A stretch of 64,000 nt of DNA from an uncultured delta proteobacterium (GTDB taxonomy: Bacteria; Desulfobacterota; Binatia; UBA9968). Made by a program: the position numbers and the translations under genes. The stretch is from contig CAVYTU010000015.1 in NCBI GenBank assembly GCA_963771465.1, forward strand, positions 544,001-608,000. The letters are read 5' to 3'. The notes under the pieces are model-generated. The model saw nothing but the letters and a program-made list of their open reading frames with translations, did no database searches and had not been told where the DNA came from. Of this stretch, positions 42,543 through 52,753 are shown one piece after another (within the stretch, counting starts at the first letter, position 1; each line of letters opens with the position of its first letter).

Positions 42543-44313
42543 GCTGATTTCGACGGGCATTTTCTTGCAAGATTATCCATCGTCTCTCCTCTTATCGCGG
42601 CGCGCACGCGGTTTTGCGTGGCCTCGATGGTCCAACCTATTGATCCCCGGCTTGGTGGGGTTGGTCGCCTACCTTGTCGTTGTGCCTCTGGCGTTGTTGA
42701 TTGTCGGCGGCTTTATCCGCGGCTCTCCCGGCACTTTCAGCCAGCTGACCTTTGCCAACTATGTGCGCGCCTACGGCGGTCCGGCGCTCTTGGAGCTGTT
42801 TTACAATTCATTCGTCTTTGCCGCCGGATCCGTGTTGCTCGCTTTGCCTGTGGCGATTCTGTTCGCTTGGCTGATCGAACGCACCAACACGCCGCTGCGC
42901 ACCGTAGCCTATGCGCTCGTCATCGCGCCGGTGGCGATGCCGGGCATGTTGCTGTCAATGTCTTGGGTGCTGCTCTTGAGTCCCAATGTCGGCATCATCA
43001 ACAAGGCGACGATGTTTGTCTTGGGCCTTGAGAACGCTCCATTCAACATCTATTCGCTGGGCGGCATGATTTTCACCGAAGGGTTGCGCTTGGTGCCGAC
43101 CACCTTTCTTCTGCTGGTCGGCGCTTTTCGCGCCATGGATCCCTCGCTCGAGGAAGCCGCTTTGGTATCGGGCGCGACAAAATGGATCACCACCACCCGG
43201 GTCACGCTGCGCATCATGCTGCCGGCGATTCTCACCGCGAGCATTTATATATTCATGACGGCGATCGAGAGTTTCGAGATCCCCGGCGTACTCGGCTTGC
43301 GCAATGGCATTCTCGTGTTCAGTTCGAAGATCTACTATGCGACAACCTCCACGTACGGTGGCGGCGCTAACTATGGCGAAGCCAGCGCGCTCAGCTCGAC
43401 ATACCTCGTCATCAGCATTTTTCTCATCTACCTTTACCAGCGATCGACACGCCACAGCGAACGATTCGCCACCGTCACCGGCAAAGGATTTCGCCCGAGG
43501 TTGATCGATCTCGGCTTTTGGAAATACGTCGCTCTGGCTTTTTTTGTCGGCTATTTCAGCCTCGCCGTGCTGTTGCCGATTCTCATCATGTTCTGGGCAA
43601 GCTTGATCCCTTTCTATCAGGCGCCGTCCATGGAAGCCTTGTCGGTGGTATCGATGTCAGGTTACCGAGATCTTCTGGAAGATCCTGAAGTCGTCAAGGC
43701 GGTCGTCAACACTTTCTGGCTGATGGTCGGTTCTGCCACGATCACCACTCTGCTCGCCGCCGCCGCCGCTTGGGTCGTGTTGCGCTCCAAATTTCCCGGG
43801 CGGCGCGTGCTCGAGGTTTTGACGTTTCTGCCGCACGCAGTGCCGAGCGTGGTTTTGGCTTTGGCGCTGATCTACGTCTATCTTACGTTCGATTATCTGC
43901 CGATTTATGGCACATCCCTGATCATTCTCGTCGGCTTCGTGACCAGCTATCTACCTTTCAGCACTCGTACGCTGAGCGCCAGCATTATCCAGATTCACAA
44001 GGAACTTGAAGAGGCCGGGCGGGTGAGCGGCGCTACCTCCGCCACTGTGTTCGGCAGAATCGTCGTGCCCCTGCTGCTGCCGACTTTGGCGGGAGTCGCT
44101 ATTTGGGTCGCGGTTCACGCGATGCGCGAATTGTCGATGGCGCTCATGCTCAACTCGACTTCGAACAACGTCGTATCATTTCTCATCTGGTCCCATTGGG
44201 AAGCCGGCGACTTGCGCCACGCGGCAGCGTTAGGCGTCATGTTAATCTTAATCATGCTGGCGATGACTTTTGGCGGCCGCTTTCTCGCCACCAGACAAAT
44301 GAAAGTGAGATAA
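42526..44313 (+). CDS. ABC transporter permease, FbpB-type with two TM modules (start uncertain)
   Basis: Two EAA loops (SLEEAALVSGA; ELEEAGRVSGA). Confidence 0.9.
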   Translation: MAPRNELISTGIFLQDYPSSLLLSRRARGFAWPRWSNLLIPGLVGLVAYLVVVPLALLIVGGFIRGSPGTFSQLTFANYVRAYGGPALLELFYNSFVFAAGSVLLALPVAILFAWLIERTNTPLRTVAYALVIAPVAMPGMLLSMSWVLLLSPNVGIINKATMFVLGLENAPFNIYSLGGMIFTEGLRLVPTTFLLLVGAFRAMDPSLEEAALVSGATKWITTTRVTLRIMLPAILTASIYIFMTAIESFEIPGVLGLRNGILVFSSKIYYATTSTYGGGANYGEASALSSTYLVISIFLIYLYQRSTRHSERFATVTGKGFRPRLIDLGFWKYVALAFFVGYFSLAVLLPILIMFWASLIPFYQAPSMEALSVVSMSGYRDLLEDPEVVKAVVNTFWLMVGSATITTLLAAAAAWVVLRSKFPGRRVLEVLTFLPHAVPSVVLALALIYVYLTFDYLPIYGTSLIILVGFVTSYLPFSTRTLSASIIQIHKELEEAGRVSGATSATVFGRIVVPLLLPTLAGVAIWVAVHAMRELSMALMLNSTSNNVVSFLIWSHWEAGDLRHAAALGVMLILIMLAMTFGGRFLATRQMKVR

Positions 44314-44318
44314 TTCCC

Positions 44319-45194
44319 ATGCTCATCGCCCTTCCCTATCCAACCATGACTTTTCTGCCGCTGTTGGTCGCGGAAGAAAAAGGCTTCTTCAGTGCCGAGG
44401 GCGCGAGCGCCCATTGCGTGCAAGTGCAGAGCCACGGCGGCCAGACGCTGGCGCAATTGGTTGACAAGGGAGAGGTTGGCTTCCTCTGTTCCTTGACCAA
44501 TGCGATGGAGGCGGTGCTGGGCCACGGTCACGCGCTCAAATTTCTCTGCGCCACGACGCTGACTAAATTTCCTTGTGTGGCGCGTCCGGAGATCCAATCG
44601 ATCGCCGACCTCAAAGGTAAGAAAGTCATGTCCGGCGGCGGCCGGTCGAATACTGATTTTCGCTTTCTCTGTTCGCGTTACGGTTTGCAACCCGGCGTCG
44701 ATGTGGAAGTGGTTCAGGGCGATAGCATCGGGCGCGCTAAGGCGTTCGAGGACCCGACCATTTCTGCGGTGTTCGCGCGCAGTCAGTTTCTTTACTGGGG
44801 AACCAAGGCGGGCTTTAAGCCGCTTTACTATCCCGACCCGGGCATGGGTTGGTACGAAGGTGGATTAGCCGCGGGCGTTGCGCTGATCCAACAACAACCG
44901 GAAACGGTGCAAAAAATTGTCACCGCGGTGGTCCGCGCGACGGAATATTTGAAAACTCACGAGCAAGAAGCGGTCGAGGTGGCGCTCAAGCGGATTCCTA
45001 ATCTGAGCCGCGACGAAGCCGACGGCAACTATAAAATTCTCCGCCAAGGTTTTGTCGGCGAGCTTGAACCGTCGGTGATCGACTATATGGCGACCGTGGT
45101 CGGCACGATCAAGTCCACCGATCGGCGGGTGACTCTCGAGGAGGTTACCGATCTGTCGTTTCTGCGCGCCGCGCACCGGCAGCTCAATGCATGA
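44319..45194 (+). CDS. SsuA/NMT1-fold protein without evident signal peptide
   Basis: MLIALPYP...VAEEKGFFSAEG, SIADLKGKKV, FLRAA. Confidence 0.75.
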   Translation: MLIALPYPTMTFLPLLVAEEKGFFSAEGASAHCVQVQSHGGQTLAQLVDKGEVGFLCSLTNAMEAVLGHGHALKFLCATTLTKFPCVARPEIQSIADLKGKKVMSGGGRSNTDFRFLCSRYGLQPGVDVEVVQGDSIGRAKAFEDPTISAVFARSQFLYWGTKAGFKPLYYPDPGMGWYEGGLAAGVALIQQQPETVQKIVTAVVRATEYLKTHEQEAVEVALKRIPNLSRDEADGNYKILRQGFVGELEPSVIDYMATVVGTIKSTDRRVTLEEVTDLSFLRAAHRQLNA

Positions 45195-45220
45195 TCTTGT
45201 CTTGCCGACTGTTCCGATCT

Positions 45221-46300
45221 CTAGTGGGCGCCGGGCAGTTTGAGAATCTTGGCGTGCTCTTGATCGTATTTGTCTGCCGACAGACGCAAACAATCCGGTC
45301 CGCACACAGCGATATATTTTTTTTGCGCCATGGCGTATTTCCGCGATGTCGGGTCCCAGGGAAAGCCGCGATAACCGGACTTTTCCACTATCGGCTGGGC
45401 CTTGGTAGCGGCCCACAGAGCGAATAGTTGGGTGGTCGCCGGCAGCGTCCATTTGGTGACAAACATCTGCGTGCCGAGCTCCAGCGGAATCGGATCGGGG
45501 AGCACAAAGCCGAGCGGCGCGCCCTCATCGATCATCGGCATCGCGTTATGATAGTTGGCGGCGCAGTTGACCGGGAACTCTCCCGCCGCGACCTTCTGCA
45601 AGTTTTCATCCATGCCGCGGTTGAGCACCACTTTGTTTTCCATCAGCCCTCGAAGCCATTTTAGATGCGCCTCACGGGTTTTGGGATCATGCTGTAAGGA
45701 AGTGAGCTTGGGGCGCGGATCGTAAAGAACTTTACCGCGCCACATCGGGTCCAAGCAGTCTTCCCATCTTTTAGGCGCTTTGTCGGGTGGCACAAGCGTA
45801 ATGTTGTAAGCGATACCTCGCACCGCGCCGGTGGTGGCGAGAAAGTAGCCGTTCGGATCGATCACGCGGGGATCGAGCGAGGGCCAACCTTGGGGCAACA
45901 CCTTGGCCACCCTTTGATATTCGAAGGGCGGTTTTACAAACGCGCCGGCCTCTTGATAGGTAGGCCATACTTCGTCCGAAATTGTCGTCACGTCGATCTG
46001 CTGTGGCCGTCCCGCTTTGAATTCCATCAGCGCGCGCTGGGCTTCTTCGACGGTGCGGACGCGCTCGAACTTGGTCTCTTTGATGAAGGCGAAATCTTTT
46101 TTGAACTCGTCAACGATCGCCTTGCCTTGAGGATTGGTCCAGTTGAGCGCGATGGTGAGCTTGCCGCCTTTCTTGCCCACTTCGCTTTTCGACGCATCGA
46201 CCAGTTGATTGTAAAGATTACTGGATTGGGCGAAGAGCGATGCGCTGCCGGTAAAAAGTATTACAACGACGACGCTGAACATGTGCCGCCATGTTTTCAT
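45221..46300 (-). CDS. ABC substrate-binding protein (paralog of 40148-41236)
   Basis: Signal peptide; shares CAANYHNAMPMIDEGAPL, PATTQLFA, CGxDC. Confidence 0.85.
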   Translation of the reverse strand: MKTWRHMFSVVVVILFTGSASLFAQSSNLYNQLVDASKSEVGKKGGKLTIALNWTNPQGKAIVDEFKKDFAFIKETKFERVRTVEEAQRALMEFKAGRPQQIDVTTISDEVWPTYQEAGAFVKPPFEYQRVAKVLPQGWPSLDPRVIDPNGYFLATTGAVRGIAYNITLVPPDKAPKRWEDCLDPMWRGKVLYDPRPKLTSLQHDPKTREAHLKWLRGLMENKVVLNRGMDENLQKVAAGEFPVNCAANYHNAMPMIDEGAPLGFVLPDPIPLELGTQMFVTKWTLPATTQLFALWAATKAQPIVEKSGYRGFPWDPTSRKYAMAQKKYIAVCGPDCLRLSADKYDQEHAKILKLPGAH

Positions 46301-46456
46301 CTGAGATCTCCTTTGGGCGCGACGATGACTACGTTGAGAACTAACCCGATGTCATGGAAACTGTCAATTGTCCAGCCAATGATTTGACTCACCGCAGCAC
46401 CGGTAGTAACTATGCTAAAATATTCTGTGCGCGTACAGCAAAGGAACCTAAGCGTC

Positions 46457-47287
46457 ATGGCCAAATCAAGTTATCAGGAATACGCCTTCGAAGAATTCGT
46501 CGCTACCGAGCAGCCGTTCTATCTGCCCGTCGGCTCGGAAGTCGAAGTGTTCGAAGCGGCCTATGCAAAAAAACTTCCGGTGCTGCTCAAAGGTCCCACC
46601 GGTTGCGGCAAGACGCGCTTTGCCGAATACATGGCGCACCGGCTCGGTCCGGTGCCGCTAATCACAGTCGCCTGCCATGAAGATTTGACGGCGACCGATT
46701 TAGTCGGCCGCTACCTGCTCGAAGGACAGGAAACCCGCTGGCTCGACGGTCCGCTGACCCGCGCGGTGAAAGCGGGCGCGATCTGTTACCTCGATGAAAT
46801 CGTCGAGGCGCGCAAAGACACCACGGTATTGATTCACCCACTCACCGATCATCGGCGCATTTTGCCCCTCGAGCGGCGCGGCCAGGTGGTGCAGGCCCAT
46901 GAAAATTTTCTCCTGGTGATTTCGTATAATCCCGGCTACCAGACGGTGCTCAAAGATTTAAAGCACAGTACACGCCAGCGCTTCTTAGCCATCGAGTTCG
47001 ACTATCCGCCGGAAGAGCGCGAGCGCGAAATCATCCGCCATGAAAGCGGCCTGTCGGAAGAAGACGCCGGCCGACTGGCGTGTTTGGGCGCCAAGGTGCG
47101 TAACTTGCGCGAGCATGGGCTTCAGGAAGGCGTCAGCACGCGCTTGTTGATTTACGCCGGCACGTTGATGAGCACGGGTGTCGCGCCGCGGCTCGCCTGC
47201 CAGGTCGCCGTGGTGCAGGCGCTCACCGACGACAAGGAAGTCGCGCAAAGTTTGCAGGAAGTCGTCGACGCGATCTTTCCGGAATAG
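46457..47287 (+). CDS. CbbQ/NirQ/NorQ family AAA+ ATPase
   Basis: [51 protein letters not shown]. Confidence 0.93.
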   Translation: MAKSSYQEYAFEEFVATEQPFYLPVGSEVEVFEAAYAKKLPVLLKGPTGCGKTRFAEYMAHRLGPVPLITVACHEDLTATDLVGRYLLEGQETRWLDGPLTRAVKAGAICYLDEIVEARKDTTVLIHPLTDHRRILPLERRGQVVQAHENFLLVISYNPGYQTVLKDLKHSTRQRFLAIEFDYPPEEREREIIRHESGLSEEDAGRLACLGAKVRNLREHGLQEGVSTRLLIYAGTLMSTGVAPRLACQVAVVQALTDDKEVAQSLQEVVDAIFPE

Positions 47288-47311
47288 GCTGAATCATTCG
47301 CGATGAAACCG

Positions 47312-47485
47312 CGATCGAGGCGCGACCCTTCCGGAGCGAAGGCAAAGCGGCGCTGCCTTGAAACGGCTCGCGTGGCGATGTGCTGTGAGACTACCGCGAA
47401 TAGTTCAAACATCGTGCCGAGCACCGAGCATGTAGTGAAACATTTGCGCTGATGCCTTCGCTCCTTCAGGGTTCCACCTCGATCG
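47312..47485. repeat. ~174-bp element bounded by imperfect 33-bp inverted repeats (MITE/REP-like)
   Basis: CGATCGAGG-cgcg-ACCCT-tcc-GGAGCGAAGGCA (47312-47344) versus the reverse complement of 47453-47485, CGATCGAGG-tgga-ACCCT-gaa-GGAGCGAAGGCA. Confidence 0.7.
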
Positions 47486-47535
47486 ACACTCTGCCGTTAG
47501 TTTTGCTGGTTGGGCGACTATTCGGGCTAAAGCGA

Positions 47536-49554
47536 TCACGCTGTAATCTTCGGATACGCGGTGAGCAAACTGATCGGCAGCTCTTCGACGCGAGTCACGA
47601 CTTCATAGGGCAAGTCTTCGCACATGGCGCGCATGTAGTCGGCGCCTTCCTTATCGACGGTCAAGCAAAACGGGCGAATCTTGCGGCGCGCCGCCTCGCG
47701 CAACGCCTGGCGGGTGTCATTGACGGCGTAGTCCTGATCGTTGGCGTCACGGCCGTAATCGCGGTCGTAGGGCCGACCGTCGCTGACGAGAAATAATAAT
47801 CGGGTTTGCGCCTCGACACGCTCCAGCTTTCGCACCGCGTGGCGAATCGCCGCGCCCATACGCGTGGCATGGGCCGGCGCGATGCCATCGACCCGGCGCG
47901 CAATGCGCTGGCTCAACGGCTCGGCGAAGTCTTTGACAACGTGAAATTCAACGTCGCCGCGGCCGCTGCCGGAAAAGGCGTACACCGCGTAGTTGTCGCC
48001 GATGCTTTCCAGCGCTTGCAGCAAGACGATGGCGGCCTGCTTTTCGATATCGATGGTGCGTTTGCGCAGCGGTTTGCCGCGCGCGTCGACGCCGCTGGCG
48101 ATTTGGCGCAGGTATTCGCTGTAACTCTCAGCCGTCGATAAGGTCGGACGAACGGCGCGGGCGGCTTCCAGCTCGACGTATTCATTAGTCGTCGCGCTCA
48201 TGTCGAGCAACAGGGCGACGGCAACGTCGCGCTGAGTGCGTTCGCGCCGCCAATAAATTTTTTCCGACGGCGTGACGCCGGTCTTTAGATCGACCACCAG
48301 ATCGACCAGTTGATCGAGATCGATATCTTCGCCGTCGTAGCGGCGGGTTACTTTGCGGAATAGCTCGGGCAAAAAATGTTCAAACCGCGCACGCACCTGG
48401 CCGACCAGCCAGCGGTATTCATTGAGCGTCTCGGTATAAAAATCCGAAGTGCCTTCTTCCATGATACGCTCGCGTACGCGGCACCAGCGATCTTTGAACG
48501 CGCCGGCGCGAAAATCCCACTCAGGATACAAATAACAAAAAGGCTCATCGCGCTGCAGCGGACCGTCGGCTTCGCTTTCGACCATCGCGTCCGCCGGCTG
48601 ATCTTCGGCGTTGGCTTTTTGTTCTTTGCGGTCGAGCAGCGACTCATCCATCTGTAAACGAAACTCGACTTCCGGCGGCGCTTTAAAAGGAACTTCTTCC
48701 GGATCGTTGACCGACTCCTGGAGCCGGTCGGGCGTCTCATCGTCGTCTCTGTGGTGCTGATGCTCGTGATCGTGATCATGACAGCAGTCGTCGTCAGCGA
48801 CGATGTTGGGCAGCGTAGCGGCGATCTGATAGATACGCAGCGCCGCTTCCGCGGAGTCTTCCACCGTGGCGCTGGCGTCGTTGACGCGCGACAGATGTTC
48901 GAGGGCGCTCGCCAAGGCGGGTTGCAAAATCTCCGGCGCCTCGCCCAATGGAGTGCCGCCGAGACTCGACTGCAGCAAACCCTCGATCAATGCTTCGCGC
49001 AGCGGCAACGCACCGAGCCGCGGCCGTTCAGCAAGAACTCGCAGTGCGACCTGCCGGTATGCGCTCTCGATGCCAGGATAACGCTGTAAAACTTTACCAT
49101 CGACGCGGGCGTCTTCGACACAATCAAAAATCGTCATGCCCAGCACAGGGTCGGGAAAAAGTTGGCGCAACGCTTGGCGATCGTCGCCGATTTGATCGGC
49201 GGAAAGTTTTTCCGCCAGCCCCGGACGCCAATCTTGAAATAGCCGCGACGCGCGGCGCAAGGAAAATTCAAAGGTGCCGAATTCAGCGTGGCCGGCTTGG
49301 TGGGTGACGATGACTTTGTACCAAGCGAAATTCTCACGCTCGGATGGGAAGCGATCGATTTTCGCCGGTAGCATGAGCGAAATCGCCTTGCCGTCATTGC
49401 CGGGTGTGGCCCAGCCGGCGCCGCGCGCGCTTGCGCCGGCGCGCGGAATCAGGCGAATCTCGTGGCCGGTTAACGCTTTAGTATAGAGCCGCAGTACCTC
49501 GCCGACTTTTTCTAACTCGGACGGCGTCGTCAGTGGACTTTCTGTAACCGTCAT
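47536..49554 (-). CDS. NorD/CbbO-type vWA domain protein
   Basis: HQAGH and EDARVD (N-terminal), YPEWD, LLLDMSAT (MIDAS), TRMGAAIRHA, SDGRP. Confidence 0.9.
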   Translation of the reverse strand: MTVTESPLTTPSELEKVGEVLRLYTKALTGHEIRLIPRAGASARGAGWATPGNDGKAISLMLPAKIDRFPSERENFAWYKVIVTHQAGHAEFGTFEFSLRRASRLFQDWRPGLAEKLSADQIGDDRQALRQLFPDPVLGMTIFDCVEDARVDGKVLQRYPGIESAYRQVALRVLAERPRLGALPLREALIEGLLQSSLGGTPLGEAPEILQPALASALEHLSRVNDASATVEDSAEAALRIYQIAATLPNIVADDDCCHDHDHEHQHHRDDDETPDRLQESVNDPEEVPFKAPPEVEFRLQMDESLLDRKEQKANAEDQPADAMVESEADGPLQRDEPFCYLYPEWDFRAGAFKDRWCRVRERIMEEGTSDFYTETLNEYRWLVGQVRARFEHFLPELFRKVTRRYDGEDIDLDQLVDLVVDLKTGVTPSEKIYWRRERTQRDVAVALLLDMSATTNEYVELEAARAVRPTLSTAESYSEYLRQIASGVDARGKPLRKRTIDIEKQAAIVLLQALESIGDNYAVYAFSGSGRGDVEFHVVKDFAEPLSQRIARRVDGIAPAHATRMGAAIRHAVRKLERVEAQTRLLFLVSDGRPYDRDYGRDANDQDYAVNDTRQALREAARRKIRPFCLTVDKEGADYMRAMCEDLPYEVVTRVEELPISLLTAYPKITA

Positions 49555-49685
49555 ACTTTGTCTTGCCAAATTACCTGCGGATAAATCGCCAAATCAGAGA
49601 TATTTCGATTAGCATAGGTTGTGAAACTGTATTCTCATTCCGCGCCCGGTCGCGGCAAAACCGCGCCGTTAATTCAGTCGTATCC

Positions 49686-51446
49686 TCAGTCCAGCCGATG
49701 CAGCCGGCTGACCAGCCAGCGGCCGCTAATTGTTAGTAGCGCCAATCCGACTATGAGTAAAACGCCGAGAGCCGCAGTGGGTCCGGCGCGGCCGTTGTTC
49801 CACAAATCCCACATGACCACTGACAGTACGATGCTGTTCTTGCTCGACAAGATCAGCGGCACGGAAAAGGAACGTAGTGAATGGGAAGCGATCCAGATCC
49901 AACCGCTAACGAAGGCGGGCAACAGCAGCGGCAGGATGATGCGGCGCATGATCGTCGCCCAAGAGGCGCCGGAAACTTTTCCCGCTTCCTCGAGCTCACT
50001 GTGGATTTGTGTGATCGCGCTGTTCATCGCCCGGCTGCCGAATGCGGTATAGCCAACGCATAAACCTAGCACGATGATCCAGATCGTGCCGTAGAGCGGC
50101 AGAGCATTTAGCGGCGGGTTCAAATAGAGAAAGATCAGCGCGATACCGATGGTCACTCCAGGGATCGCATGGGGCAGAAAGGTCAGGCCGTCGAGCACCG
50201 CGCGACCTTTGAGCTTACTTCTGACGATCACCCATGCGACAACGAGGCATAACAACATGGTCAAGGTTGCCGTGGTCACGCCGACGATCAGTGTGTTGAT
50301 TAGAGCCGGCACGATCTGTTCCTCGCCAAAGACCTCCCAGTAATTTTTCATCGTCACCTGCGCCAACGCCGACCATGAAGGCATGACGTAGAAGCGCACG
50401 AGCGATCGCCACAACAGGATCAGCGTCGGCAGAGCGATGGTGAGCATGAAATAGAGCACAAAGGCGCCGAACGCCGGGTAGCGCCATTTGCCCAACGAGA
50501 TCAGGCGCGGCCGATAACCCTTGCCGGTGATCGTCGCAAAGCGTCCGGCTTGGCCGGCGATGCGGCGATAGCCGTAAACCAATAAAATACTGACGAGTAG
50601 AAAACTCGCTCCGAGTGCAGCCGACAGGCCGTATTGGGGCGGCATGAAGCGCTGCGCGGAAAAGTAGATATAAGTCGGAAACACGTAAATCCCCGACGGA
50701 AATCCGATGATGATGGGAATCTCCAGCGCTTCCAGGTTGGTCATGAAACTATACATGCCGGCCGCGAGCAGCGTCGGCGTCAGCATCGGAATAAAAATGC
50801 GAAAGAAGCTGGTGCGATTCGATGCTCCGGATACTCGCGCCGCTTCTTCCAGGCTCGGGTCCATGGCGCGGAAGGCCCCGACGACGATCAGAAATGTCGT
50901 CGTCACGCCTCGGATTCCTTCCAGGAAGATCATCCCCCATAGGCTGTAAATGTTCAGCGGACCTTCGCTGACTTCGACGCCAAAGAGCGCGAACAGGGAG
51001 CGCAGCCAAATATTGATCAAACCGATTTTCGGCGAGAGCAGAAATATCCAGGAGATCGCGAAGAGGATACCGGGCACAGCCATCGGCACGAGCATCAACC
51101 CCCAGGCGAGGTTTCGAAACGGCATGTCCGTGCGCTCGGTAAGAAATGCGAAAACCACCGCGATGGTCAACGCCAGCGTCGTGCTGGCTGCGGCTAAAAC
51201 CACCGTGTTGAAAAACATTAGATAGACTTGCGGGTCGGAATAGGCGGTCACATAGTGCTGCAAGGTAAACGCGCCGGGCTGCCAAGGCGTGCCCAGTCTG
51301 AAGCTAAAGACCAGCAGCGTGATCAGCGGAACGACAATCAACCAGATGGTGATGACAACGCCAAGGAGCGGTAGCGCATGGCTGCGCAGTTGCGGCCAGC
51401 GAATGCTTGAGCGCGGCGCCGCGCGGGTTTCTATCGCGTTGTCCAT
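49686..51446 (-). CDS. ABC transporter permease, FbpB-type with two TM modules
   Basis: MDPSLEEAARVSGA, ELEEAGKVSGA; paralog of 42526-44313. Confidence 0.9.
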   Translation of the reverse strand: MDNAIETRAAPRSSIRWPQLRSHALPLLGVVITIWLIVVPLITLLVFSFRLGTPWQPGAFTLQHYVTAYSDPQVYLMFFNTVVLAAASTTLALTIAVVFAFLTERTDMPFRNLAWGLMLVPMAVPGILFAISWIFLLSPKIGLINIWLRSLFALFGVEVSEGPLNIYSLWGMIFLEGIRGVTTTFLIVVGAFRAMDPSLEEAARVSGASNRTSFFRIFIPMLTPTLLAAGMYSFMTNLEALEIPIIIGFPSGIYVFPTYIYFSAQRFMPPQYGLSAALGASFLLVSILLVYGYRRIAGQAGRFATITGKGYRPRLISLGKWRYPAFGAFVLYFMLTIALPTLILLWRSLVRFYVMPSWSALAQVTMKNYWEVFGEEQIVPALINTLIVGVTTATLTMLLCLVVAWVIVRSKLKGRAVLDGLTFLPHAIPGVTIGIALIFLYLNPPLNALPLYGTIWIIVLGLCVGYTAFGSRAMNSAITQIHSELEEAGKVSGASWATIMRRIILPLLLPAFVSGWIWIASHSLRSFSVPLILSSKNSIVLSVVMWDLWNNGRAGPTAALGVLLIVGLALLTISGRWLVSRLHRLD

Positions 51447-51672
51447 GGTGAGCGACCGCTGGTGCGGTAAGTCTTTTAGCTTCGTGTTGTCTTTTACTGC
51501 AAGCGCAGCGGATTTAGTTCCTCTTGATCGTCCCTATTCCTAACGGGGAACAACTAACAGGGAGTCATTCTCGCCCCACTGTCCAGCGAATAAATTGGGG
51601 CAGTGATTCGTTTTTCAAAAAGGAAAAACGTTGCGCTCACTGTCCTGCCATCCGATCGGTCAGAAAGTTTCT

Positions 51673-52737
51673 TCAATACCCCACCCGTTCGATCACCGGT
51701 TGGAGCCGTTGGATGTTTTGTTTGACCTCGTCAGTCTGGGAGATTTCCGTCCAGGCTTCTTGGACGAGTTCCTGGCGCACAACGTCTTCGACGTCCCGGC
51801 GCGTGATCGACTTCGACAATACGCCGGCGTCTTGATGTTCCTGCAGGATGCGCCATACACCTTCGACGCTCAGCTGGCCGTCCATCGGGTGAAAGCGGCC
51901 TTCCATGACGTCGATAGGGCGAAGATCGCGCATGCGTTCGGAGTCGTCCGGGTTATCAACGCGAAGCTTGGCTTCAACGAAGCGCTGGAAAGGAAAATGC
52001 TCCGGCACGATGCGGATATATTGATAGCCGCGAATGGCCGCTTTCCAGTAACGCTTGATGACTTCCGGGTTGCGCTCGATGAACGATTTGCGCGCGACCG
52101 TTACGCGATCGGGCCGGCCGTGGGGTTTGGTGTCTTCGACGAAGTCGTAGAGCTTGTTGAAACCCTGCTCTAAAAGCCGCGCCACATAAGGCGTTTGCAC
52201 GATGGCGGCGTCGGTCTCGCCGGCGAGCAGCGGTTTCCAGGACGCTTTCATGGCCCCGTACTTCCAGCCGATCTTCCAGTCGATTTCGCCATCGGGATCG
52301 ACGCCGGCCTTACGCAACTGATGTTCGAACCACATGGTCGCGATGCCACCTTTATACCAATCGCCGATGCGTTTGCCTTTGAGGTCGGCGATGGACTTCA
52401 CCCCTGGCGCGGTGACCAATGCGCCCGGAAGCCAATTGCGCCAGCCGCCGATGATTCTCAGCTCGTCGTTGCCCAAGGCTCGCTCGGCGAAGGGCGTGCG
52501 CACGTGCACGTCGGTGATGATATCGATGCCGAAGGCGATCATGTCGCGCAGCACCGTGCCGATCTCGTCGTAACGCTCGCCGTCGGGACGGCTCGAACTG
52601 ATTCCTTTGGGATTCACTTTGGCGTGAACCACCTCAACATCCAACCCTTCTTGAGCATAGAACCCTGCCGCCACACAGACCGAAGCATCAAGTACATGTC
52701 CGGCATGCCAGCAACCGTTGCCCACTCGCAATTTCAT
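51673..52737 (-). CDS. CWH-motif SsuA/NMT1-fold protein, paralog 2
   Basis: 354 aa, MKLRVGNGCWHAGHVLD; GAGGAG RBS. Confidence 0.88.
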   Translation of the reverse strand: MKLRVGNGCWHAGHVLDASVCVAAGFYAQEGLDVEVVHAKVNPKGISSSRPDGERYDEIGTVLRDMIAFGIDIITDVHVRTPFAERALGNDELRIIGGWRNWLPGALVTAPGVKSIADLKGKRIGDWYKGGIATMWFEHQLRKAGVDPDGEIDWKIGWKYGAMKASWKPLLAGETDAAIVQTPYVARLLEQGFNKLYDFVEDTKPHGRPDRVTVARKSFIERNPEVIKRYWKAAIRGYQYIRIVPEHFPFQRFVEAKLRVDNPDDSERMRDLRPIDVMEGRFHPMDGQLSVEGVWRILQEHQDAGVLSKSITRRDVEDVVRQELVQEAWTEISQTDEVKQNIQRLQPVIERVGY

Positions 52738-52753
52738 CTGTCGAATACTCCTC

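Noticed and set aside
46457-49554. Evidence for CO2 fixation or denitrification
   Set aside because: No RuBisCO, norB/C or nirS in the window.
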